Positions 47,427-58,722 of a stretch of 64,000 nucleotides of DNA are shown here, piece after piece. The notes below the pieces were generated by a model. The model was not told the DNA's origin and searched no databases. It saw only the letters and a program-made list of their open reading frames with translations. The stretch is from assembly GCA_000708835.1 (NCBI GenBank), contig DF237255.1:42597-106596 (forward strand). Reading direction: 5' to 3'. Origin of the DNA: Klebsormidium nitens. Taxonomy: Eukaryota > Plantae > Klebsormidiophyceae. Position numbers and translations under genes: made by a program. How positions within the stretch are numbered: position 1 is the first letter of the stretch; each line of letters begins with the position of its first letter.

Positions 47427-50400
47427 TCAAATGCGTTCTTGTACAGCGGCCGGTGTACTTTGTGACTGCACTGCTGCCCCGTTCGAAGCACCTTCCCCCT
47501 CGCTGACGTCAACCTCCCCGCTGACGTCAACCTCCCCGCTGACGTCATCCTCGTCGTCATCATCGCTATCGACCTCTTCCGACTCCTGCTCTTCCTCCTC
47601 GTCATCCGACTCCTCCTCCTCGACGACCTTCCCTGCCTTTGCTGCTTCCCGTTTCATTCTTTCTATGTACGGCTTGTTGGGCCCTATCATAAGGAGGATG
47701 TTCCGGCCCTCGACTGTGATCCGCCCCTCCGTAACGCCCCACTGCAAAGAGGAAATCGAGGATGTGTACCCCAAAACCAAGCACCCGAAAAGAGAAACGA
47801 ACCTTAAACCAAACTCTTAACGGTAACCAGTCTTCTCCCACGTAAAAACAGTCTTCTCCCACGTGTAAAAATACGCATGTCGAATCTAAAAACGTAGCGA
47901 TATAGTTCCAAACAACAAGTTGACTGATGAACATGGCTTGTCGTTGGAAAGTGTTGAGGCCTCGACTGATTTAGCAGAGCACTTTCAGCGGGATTCTGGC
48001 TCTCTTGTTGGGAGCTGACAGCAACCCCTATAACGACGTTTCCAGAAAGGTCGCTCCAACGGCTTGAGACGCACGACAATCGACAACAATCGGTTTTGCA
48101 ACAAACGACGGACGCAGGACCTTGGAATAAGAACGTCACTGGAACGACAATGACTTCTGTGAGCTCGTATGAGTGAGTGAGCGGCAACAGTAACGACGGC
48201 ATGGGCAATTGCATCCGAGTGAGTGACGACTTATGGGCCCTGAACTTGCTTCCTGGTCGCCGGAAACATGGCAACAACGAACGTTTCGTGGCTTAGTGCA
48301 AGTCGCAAATGCTCCTCCGTTACCGCCCGATCGGCACGTGAACGCTGCAACCTTTCAAGGGAGCGCCGCTCGACCGATCCCGATGGGTCGGGCTGACGAG
48401 GAGAGCTCGTTCAATGGGTGGGCAAAAGTTTTACCAGAGGGTGTGCCAACACGTAAGCAGTGGCTCGGACTGAAGCTCACCTCTCCTATTTCCGCTTGCA
48501 CCTTTTCGAACAACGTGATTCCCTGTTTTTGGAAGCCCATTTCCCGAGCCTTGAAGTTCATTGAAAACTTAACCTGCAAACAAGAAATATTACGGGTCAA
48601 AACTACTGTCGTCCTGTCGACTTGACACGACGAGCCCCTTACTTTTCTTGGTAGAGACCCGTGTCTAAAATGAAGTAACCATACAAAGGGCATGCTTGAC
48701 GATCGGACAGAAAATAGCTTGGCCTTGACCTGCATACGCTTGCAAAGCTTCCTGCTCCATCCCAATGGCGCAATCCAGGCGATAAGGCAGAACACATGGG
48801 CCAAAACGAGAATGAACAGCCCTAACGCATGCAAAGTGACTCGACGGTCAGCCCAAGTAGAGAAGTTTTCCAGGACTGTCGAGCACACAAAGGCTCCTGC
48901 AGAAAGAAACGCCAAAGAGTGGCGAAACCGCCTGCATTGAAAGATGCTGAACCATCCGACCTACATTTCTAAGTTTCCTAATCCTAATGAACAGCCGCAT
49001 CTGTTACAAAAGCCTTCAGAGCAATGCTGGATACCAATTGACCAACGAAGGCCAGTTCTGTTGCTCATCACAGGCATTACGCAATAAGACTTGCTTTTCG
49101 TCTTTACAAATTGAAGACCACACATCCAGCAATGGCCTCCAAAGAGTTGTCTGACATAATGCTCGGCAAAAACCTACTTGACATGATGCTGAGCAACATG
49201 AGCACTCAATTAGACCAGAAGGGACAAGTGCACTCAACAATAAGGATAGACGGGCACAATGTCGAATGAACAAGCCCGCACCGGTGGTTCTTCCCACAGA
49301 GACCGTTGTAACAGACCTTACAGTGCACACCTGGCCTAGGGGCAACCGTTCGAGAAACATACAACTCTCCCTCCTTGCTTTAAGTTGCTGTACGGGCAGC
49401 TCACTTGCTTTCAGGTGATAACCGATTTGAATTCCAAAAGCGAAGGACACCAAAATCAGACCGCACAGCGCTGACTGGGAGTCTTCTACAGACGACTGGA
49501 CTATTGGTCAGTTGAGACGGAACTTGTTCCTCCAAAGAGGCCCTCCGAATGCAAGGCTAACTAGTGACCACATTTGTCGCTCGTTTGCCAGTCATAGGCG
49601 TAAGTTCTGACTTGTGCGTACATGATATGCCTGAAACCAACAATAAAGGCGCCTTACACTTTCAAGCTGTAAGGACGAATCAACGCCATCGACTGAAAAA
49701 GGAATGATCTCGTAGGATCAGGAAAGTGTCCATCATAGGCGTCACGTAACGTTTTGCCAACTGTCATTAAGTAACTCGTTCCTGGAGCTAGTAACGCTTG
49801 ACGCTCCTAGCAACTCAATCGCAACTTTTCCGCTTGCCTTCCTCTGGGCCCAAAAACCCTTTTTGAACTTAGTAAAGCGATCCGTTTCTTGCCAACTTTA
49901 GGCCTTCGCTACAGTGTAACAGTGGTTTTGACGATACCACAATATTGTGCTCGTCGTAGGGAACGATTGTAATCGACCAGGCAGATTTATAGTCCTTAAA
50001 AACATAAGATGCACCTCCAGCTTTACTTCGACATCCCCGTCTGAAGGTGACCGCGACAGGAGAGGGACTTCCTGCCTGCTCACGGTGCTTTGTTTAGTAT
50101 CTTTCAAGTGCATGCGTGGAAGCGGGCTTCAGAGCGCTGCTAAGCGGCTGACACACCATCAACGACCACGTGGCCTGGATCAGCCATGCCAAAAGGAGAC
50201 GAATACAGCAACAACTCTCTGCGCGATCCACCAGGGTCAAACCTTGGGAAGAGCTATACCCCCTAAACGCCCACAAGGGTCATCAACGACTTAGGGGCTG
50301 ATAAAAACGGTCTTTGAGAGAACTGCATCGAACACCAGAAAGGCCAAAATCCATATTTGCCAGTGGATGCCACAGCAGAGGCTCCGAATCGGGCAAACCT

Positions 50401-53400
50401 CCGCTTACTTGCTTGTGCCAAGGTCGGCATGGTCTCCATCTCACAAAAAACGTCAACTTCGAGTCTACAAATAGAGGCCTCCACGGGATCATGGCCGTTG
50501 GCCAAAATGGCCACAGCTTCGTCCGTCATAGACTTCCGCTCCTTATTTCTCAAAGGAAAATCTGAGCGCACCTCTCAGTCGCGGGCAAAAGCAAACGGCT
50601 TCATAGAGAATCATCGTCCTGGGCCTCAGAGCACTCACGAAGGCCGCAACGGTGAGCAGACATGGCCATGACCGCTCTCGTCACAGGCAATTGAAGGGAC
50701 TCAGCAACGAACTCAAGAACCCCCCGGTTGTCCACCGGAGCCAATGCGTTAAAAACTGTATGGCCGCGCATAAATTTACTTTGGGGCGATGATCTGGAGC
50801 GCCGAGACCATGCCAACGGCTCCATTATGCCGAGAGTACATTTTCCAGTATCTCGTCTGAACGGGCCGTCATACGCTGACAGAAAAGATCATATACCGCT
50901 ATATCGGGCTAATCACAGGCTCCACGACTGCTTGATGCTCAGTACAAGACGTGGAAAGTTTCTTACACCCCGCATTCCGTCTACGTTATCCAAAGCGGAC
51001 GTTGCCCGGAGAGGCAAAGCATGGCGGACACTCTGATGAGCTTTTCCAGGCCATCTTAGGCCGGGCAAAAACAGACCCGGCCTACCAACGGTGAGGTGGC
51101 ATAGCTGCTTGAAATCCGTCAAGAATCTTGTCACTATCTTGCTGCAAGCAGTCGACTTTCGAACGGGTACTCTGGACTGTCGAAAAGGCAAGTCGCACAA
51201 TTCGCATGCCCTGAGCTTCTAGTCCCAGGCCTTTGCACGGCATCTGCTTCGAAGCTTAGAAACGGTGGCTCCAAAGACCGATCAAGGCTTACAGACCGCC
51301 ACTGATCGCGTATGGCCTAGAGCGACCGCAGCAAGCGAGCACAACACAGCCCTGCCAGATTGGTACAGTAATGCACTCGCAAATGCCGAAAAGTGCAGGC
51401 TCGCGCATCCAGCATCGCACGATGTAAAGGGAGCACCTTCAACTCTCAGCTCAAAGCCTGCTTATGGAGATCAAGGGTACGGCCTTCTCTTGTCCGGAGA
51501 TATGTGGCCCGACCAGCCACAACGACGCAAATCACGAGCCTCACTTCGATCCCCACGCCACCCACGAAACGAGAATGGAAATGAAGACAAAAAGTAACAC
51601 AGACTGCTCTGGTCTGAAGAGCACTTAGAAAGAAGTCCCTTGATCGGCTACAGGCTCTCACAGAACGAGATAGGTACGCAGGCTGATTCGCTGTAGCAAA
51701 GTAAGGTGGGAACAAGCGCTCTTGGGAAAATTATTAGTTCTGAGACAACACATCAGTATTGTAGAACCGCTGCACAAAGAGCTGGAAGAAACGGAGTCTC
51801 GATGCTTCCGCATGAAGACCCTACTCACAAAACGTCGATGAAACATAACCAGCTGGCATGCACGAACAAACGAGGAAAGCTCAAGCAGCCTTTGAAGAAC
51901 GGAGGCTTCAAGTGCAAAACGGGCAGGCTTCGAAGCACCTTAGGATCAACCATAGAAGCTGCACTTCTCGGAAGTTTCAGAAACCAAACCCAAGCTCCTG
52001 ACTGGCCATCGGTTGGTCTTCAATTCCTGGCCGCTTTCATTGACAGCAGCGCAAAACGTATTGTTCGTCACAACCAAAAACGCATTCAACAAAATCGAAC
52101 TTGGAACTTTTGGACCCTTAATATCGGTACTGTCGGACGCAGAGTGCAACAGGTCCCGGAACTGTGCTTCCCATAAGTCCCTGACCCCGAACCAAATCAA
52201 GCCATTCGTTCAGACGATGCGTTGGCAAATGGTGAACATAAAAGGACAACTCACCTTGTCTCCGGCTCTCAGAAATCGCATGCACTTCCGTAGCGTCGTG
52301 TTGTAATCGCCGACATCCGTGTTGTACCTGCAGCATCAAAACAAGATCATCGGTACGGATGAAAATCCCTCTTCATCGACCGATCGTTGCAGCTGCACTC
52401 TGGGCGCGTTGTAGACCACAAATCAAGTACTCTTTCTGTATATGCTTCTCCCGTTTCTGCTTCTCCCGTTTGCTTCTCCTGTTCCTGCTTAGCTTTTCCC
52501 GGAACTCTTCTGCATTTGCTTCTCTCGGTAATCGTTCAACAATCTTGTTATTACCATACTCTGCGCTTGTCGTACTTCGCCCCCGTCCAGGAACAAGCCC
52601 ATACGAGTCCTCTGCTCCGAAAGTCGAATGACAAAGCGTAGTACCATTCGCATACCCAGCCATAAGAATGAAAGGAAACACAACCAGCAGCCCAGAACGA
52701 AAGCTTACCGCATTTTCAACTCTTTCTGATCCACCCGGTTTGCTGCAGAGAAAAGAAAGTTGGCTGTCAGAGGACCTAGAGGATCTTGTCTACAAGCAGC
52801 TAGACAATATAATAGAAGTAGAAGCGCGTTGTAACCGAACTCCGAAACAACTGCCGTCCTGATTCATGTATTCAATCCACAAATCAAGCACAGTAAAACC
52901 TGCTTTTGTGCAGACCAGCACTACGGTCACTGCTTCTTGCAATGGGACACAGCTTCATCGTGCGAGCGAACACCACTTGCTCAATCACTGGATGCGTGTG
53001 TGTTTCCAAAGCTGTCAAGGCTAACAACGAACATATGGAGAAAGCCGTAGCAATCAAGGCCCACTATACTGCCACCTATGGACGTACCTTTTGATCGTTT
53101 CAGCGTGTCCCGTGCCTTCTTGTCCTTTTCGTACTTGTACTTCCTGCACAGGGTTCGACGAACAATCAATATAAATGCGTGTGGGCCCCCCCTTGAAGTA
53201 TTTCGAAGTCCAAAAGCAATTGAACAGGGCTGCACCAGAGCGGTTGTCACCATTTGAGCTCCGACCAGGTTTGTATTAGGCTCAGGGTGGAATCGAATCT
53301 TATACGTCTCTTCACATCTACAAAAGATCAGAGAGATACCGGCACTATAACTTGGGAACCCAAAAGCACAGCAAGGTAAGCTTACGTGTAGTCCATGATT

Positions 53401-55357
53401 CGACAAACTGGAGGATCGGCATCGCCCGCGATGAGGACCTGCGGGAGCGAGACAACTTGAGCAACATGCAGATTACAAAACCGAACGCCCAAAGCCGATG
53501 GAAGGACTCCCCAGGTCATTTCAAGACTACTTTTGACCACAGGTTGATGACCCGATTGACAAATGCCGGTTGTTACCTCTAACCTGTCAGTCAATCCCAA
53601 GTTCACGAGAGCTGTCAAAAGCTGACAGTAAAAGCACGAGAAAGAGCGTACACGCACGTACACAGCGCACTAGGTACCCAGAATCGCTGCATCCCGGTCA
53701 ATACAAACCTGGTCTTGTATGATGATAAGTAGATGATGGCGACCCCCAGATGTCAGAGAGCAACGCCTGACGACCGAGCCTTATCAAGGACACGAGAAAG
53801 AAATACAGGAGTCTAACAAATGTGGGCCTCTCACCAGGTCGAGCTCCTTGTTCCTTGCCGCGAGCAGTGCATCGGAGGACGCCACGATCCCAATCTGCTC
53901 GGAAGGACTTCCGTTTCAGTCAATGAACACAATTGTCGCTAAAAGGCATCGTCCGAACTCCAATGATTTCGAGGTCCTTTTCGACTGCGAAAGAATCTTT
54001 TGGCTTCAGCCCTTGAATGAACGATTGTTCCCAGGGTACAACAAGGTTGCATGCATGCATGAGCGTGCCACAAAGCTTCCCCAAGACGCCTCTGATTCAC
54101 TCAAGAACAGGTAGACAAAGCTAGCCACCTAGAATTCTGGACATAGATCGCCAGCTTCAAAACTTTGCATCTCAGCTTGCTGCCGCCAGGACGCACGCTG
54201 AAATCCTCAGTAGGACGCTTGCTCCCCAATATCCTCTCAAATCCTGACAACGATCCTTCTACTGTGTGCACGAAGTAGTGGCAAAGCAAAAATCACCAAG
54301 TATGGGATTCTCTGTCAGGAGTCGTTTGGGGCTCATAGTGAAGCAGAATTGGGAGTCTCTGTAACTCACCATCTTCTGATCCTGGTCCAGCAACCGAATA
54401 TTTGGATATGCCCTGATTGGACGAGAAGAGGAAAGTGTCAGTAGCCATTTTTCGGACGGCAAAAACCCTAATTTAGAAGGCGGATCAGCTGAAACATACA
54501 GGCCATAACCACCAAGACCATCGGAAAATATTTCCTTTAGCATGGTGCATGGAAGGTGAGACACTCGATCGCCGGGCTTGTCAATTTAGAACCATCGACT
54601 TTCACAAGCACAATGCTGATGCTGCCTGAGCATACTATCTACATTCTCGAACCGAATGACATCTTTAAATCCTGCTTTTTAAAAGTACGGTGAAATACTG
54701 TACTTAGTTGTGCTTGTGCGACACGACCATTACCAACAGCAAGCTCTCGCAATCTACAATGAACATTACTAACAGCAGCATGCAGCACCCCGCTCAAAGC
54801 CTCATACTCTATCCCTGTAGCTCTGGCACTCAATGCACATTTCTTATGGGATGTGCGAAATGCCGCCAGAACCAGCACCCAACCCTCAAACCCCATAATA
54901 GTTCCACCACATTGGATTGTGGTGTCCCAGTCTCGAAGCCCATCTACTAAAAAGTGTATCCCTCAGGTACTTACAACACTGCCTCATTCATCTTGGGGCC
55001 CTTGCTCGCTTGCTCCATGGGGTTTGCTTCCCTTGTCCTCCTCCGAGGTCCTCCACCCCTCTTGATAGCTACTACCTGAAACTTGGCGCTACCCGCCCTT
55101 TCCTTACACGTCAGGAGACTCAACAGCCCATGGCTGCCCGCCCCCAGAAACGAGGTGCGGGAGAGGGACAAAGCAAGTGCCTCCACATTCGTCTGTCTGT
55201 ATCCTCCCAAGTTTCTCTTTGCACACATTTTGTGCAATTCAGGTACTGCAAATGTAGTGCAGGTCGGCATGTCGAGCTTCTGGGCGCAGCGGGGGCTGCA
55301 CGTTGCCCCAGGAACATGCGCCGCCCCCGTGAGGCGCGCACAGACTGCCGAGGTCAT
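47427..55357 (-). CDS. infC: Organellar (probably plastid) translation initiation factor IF-3; exons 55357..54975 (approximate 3' end), 54412..54370, 53894..53835, 53438..53386, 53143..53088, 52742..52709, 52327..52255, 48573..48481, 47741..47427
   Basis: Spliced product: transit-peptide-like N-terminus, then PKMNEAVLAYPNIRLLDQDQKMIGIV...[31 protein letters not shown]...KELKMRYNTDVGDY...FLRAGDKVKFSMNFKAREM...VEGRNILLMIGP, followed by an acidic tail. These are canonical IF-3 N- and C-domain motifs, and all junctions are GT-AG and in phase. Confidence 0.92.
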
Positions 55358-56105
55358 CGTGATAGTTGATCAGCAACCAAAGATTATGATTTTCAGAACG
55401 CAAACCGCTTTCTTCAGCCTTCCAGGCTTGCTAGGTTACTAAACCTAAGGTCCAGGAAGGATGCAACGTTTGACTCTGAAGGTCCAGGAAGGATGCAACG
55501 TTTGAGTCTGAGTGGCAGCAGCAGAGCAGGCGGCTTCAGCTGGCTTCAGATGCTGCATTTGAGCAGTCGGTCTAAAGCTAGCTGGCGGTGAAAAGGAGAG
55601 GAGACATAAGCCGTCCGATGTGAAAGTGCTTCCGCTGCCGTACGATGTTTGGCTTCTGGTGCCACCTGTGACTACCTGGACCGTCGAAACTTTGCAGCAC
55701 TTATCGAAGGGTGGCGAACAATGTTGATCCCGAGCAGGTTCGAACTTTGAACAGGGAGTCAAGAAGGGAAGAAAGTGACTTGTTCTGATTGAACTGAAAG
55801 GGGGAAGAAAGTTGCGCACATTTGGAGTCTGGAGGACAAGTACGGTAAATTGTAGCCATGGAGAGAATAGAGAGTTCGTTGTTTCTCGCTTGTGAAGGCA
55901 CTCCTTGTTGCAGGGTCATTGCTTTCTGTCCATCAGGTTTGAGCAAAGTGAGGCGTTGATTTGTTTCAAGGCAGGAAGCCAGGCAATCTGCTACAGACCA
56001 GTTGGTTGAAAGGTACCTGAGCGGGGCCTGAGCATGCAACAAGTCGTGACAGAGTATTGAAAGGTTTTGCATGCATTGGTTTGAGTAGAGTCAAGAGGTT
56101 CGACC

Positions 56106-56933
56106 ATGGTCACCACTGAGCAGGTAGTCAGAGGCGTGGGCCTAATATCTCTTGCCACTGCCATCGTTCTGGCGCTGAAGACGTTGAATGATGCCACAAA
56201 CGAGCTGAAGATCGTTGGAGACAGGGCTACTGGCTGGTTCACAATCACAAGGAAACCAAAGACAAAAACTGAACGTTCTCTTTCGGAAGGGTCTGGGACC
56301 AAAAGTTTGCAGAGTCAGGGGCAAGTAGTAGGGGATGCAGTGGCGCCGGATAACATAGATCAGGTTAGTGTTGATTCTCTCACAACTTGCTCACGCGCCT
56401 CTTTAGGTCCATTTTTGCAGGGAATGCTGCCAACTTTCCAATGTACTGCCGTATCATCACACTTTCTTTGGTTGAATGCCACCAGCTCTGAATCTTTTTT
56501 ACCACCTGAACTTGCATTGCCCTTCATACAAAATTACCAAGAACAACGTACGTACACAAATTGGTTGTATTATACATGCGTCAGACTGAACATTCAGAGA
56601 ATTGTCACAATCAGGCACCTCAATTACATTCTGCAAACTGCAATTGCATTTCTTTGAGAAGGTTCCTTTGCTGTTTCTGCTAGTTCCTAAAAGTGTTTCC
56701 GTGGATTAACGAACGGAGATCACAAATTGTGATGCAATGGGAAAGCAGATTCTGGAAGAAACCACTTTACCTTTGTCCAGGCCCGGGTCTTGGCTTTGAT
56801 AGTGGACAAGCTAGAAGACTTAAAAACTTTGCAGTCAGAGCAGCTCCAATGGACAAGGATCGGCTGGCTTCTAAGTTCGGGGCTGCTTGCTTACTCGGTG
56901 GGGGTAACTTTGCAAGGAAAGCGAGGGCATTAG
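56106..56933 (+). CDS. Small hypothetical membrane protein (137 aa, two hydrophobic segments); exons 56106..56363, 56781..56933
   Basis: ATG-initiated exon with hydrophobic GVGLISLATAIVLAL; CAG|GTTAGT donor; TTTGTCCAG acceptor; in-frame second exon ARVLALIVDKLEDLK...IGWLLSSGLLAYSVGVTLQGKRGH*. Confidence 0.6.
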
Positions 56934-58722
56934 TAAAGTGAGAGCTTAAGTAGTGAGCATAGGTTCCAAGAATCCTGGCAAATCGCTGGCCTCATAAAAC
57001 TTGGATTCATATAAGCATGAAAGCTTGATCATGATGATTCAATAGGTTGTACATACAAACTCGACAATTCAACATATGTGTTCCACAATGGTTTAACCTT
57101 ATGGTGAAGTTGGGACGGGGTATCCAGGGGCTGCTGGACCATGAAAATCTTGACAGAGGATTGACTTTGTGAGCTAGCTTAGAGAAGACAAGAGGGGCTT
57201 CTCTAAATTGAGTTTCGATGTACCTGTCCAAGGATGTTGTTTCGTGGTCTCCTGATCTCATGCTGTAGGCTTTTAGGTTGTTCAGCCTTGAATCGTTGTT
57301 GCCGCAAGTATGGGCGTTCGCATAACGCTTCACATTTGCATGATGCGCATGCTAGGACATTGAACCACCTCCGTTATTGCATGATGCTTTCGATCTGTTG
57401 ATGGTGTTGTTGTGCAGGGCGGCATTGTCCAACTACCTTCCAGTCTCAAAATGACCTATCAATGCATGATGCGTCCATTTTGCGTTGTCACGTGCAAGAC
57501 GCTCGCAAGTGGTTCAAGCAGATTCTTTGTCCACTTGATTGTGCAGGATTTTGGCCAAAACTAAAATTGTTCATGCTCATATGCTTTTGCCAAGTACGTG
57601 CATGATGCCTTCACTTGCGCCTCTAAGTGCATGATTTTCTTGTAGTGGTCTGCGCATCAGCACAATTGTATCTAAAAGTTGATTGTTAGATCGATGCGAC
57701 TGCCGACTTCTAAGACGATGTGCAACCGATTCACAAGGAACAAGCAATGATCACGAAATCAACTTTGGATTCAAGTCGTTCATTGAACTTTGACGTCGAA
57801 ACCCAATGTGTTTTGCCTCTGGTTTTGCGTGTGCAATTTGCATATTCGTCATCATGCAACTAGCTCATGTTCTGTGCACGAATATTATTAGTGTACACCA
57901 TCAATACATGGAAGAGTCTTTGGGCATGTCTGCGGGCGCCCGCATTCAACATGTGGATGACGTAGTTCTCAAAATTACATTAAGAACTGTAGTTCTTTAT
58001 GTTTGACGTGTAATGAAACGAAGGCCTTGCATGAAGTCTCCAAACTTTGAACAAAAAGCTGCAGCCTACATTCACAAACTCATCCATTCGTGGACGCTTT
58101 TCGTGTGGGACTCATGCAGAGACACGCAGTTAAGATTTTCAACCTTTTCAAGCTTCGTTATCTTCAGACGGGTCTTCAAAGGTTAATTGCGGAGATCTAT
58201 AACCCGGTTTGGACCAATGGCAATGAGGCAATATATACAGGCAGGAGCTGAGAAAAACTTTTGGAACTCGGCTTCAGATTACGGTTGGACATTCAGGAGT
58301 CAGGATCTCCTTGTTCTAGGTGATTGAAGGGCGGTAATTCTTGATCTGCCCTTTGCTTATGGGTCTGCGATTATTCCTGATATATTGGTGCCAAGGTTTT
58401 CATGTCTGAATAGATTTCAAAGCATGGCGGTTTGCTGGAAAGTTCTTGAGCTAGGATAAAAGCTTGGCCTGTGGAACGGAGGCTTTTCTAGCGCCCTGAG
58501 ACCTTTGAGCTGTTCCTTCAGCTCTTTCACATGGAGCTTGTAGTTTCCAGCTTCAGCTAGACATGTGGTGAAAATTGAAGGTTAAATGGTCAATTGTGTG
58601 TGCATTGGCTAATGCCCATGTCGATGGAGCCCAAGCAACCAGCCTGGGCTGTGCGCATGTGCAAAGCAACCGTCCCGCGAGAATTGCTGCTGAACGGAGT
58701 TGTCAGCGTATGAGAACACTAA

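Noticed and set aside
52373-52681. Lys/Arg/Glu-rich minus-strand ORF as an IF-3 exon
   Set aside because: IF-3 is completed in phase by the 52742..52709 and 52327..52255 exons. This ORF lies in the intron and reflects a purine-rich tract.
57950-58620. Gene on the minus strand upstream of SAC3 (ELKEQLKGLRALEK...)
   Set aside because: It has multiple stops, no consistent splice model and no recognisable family.
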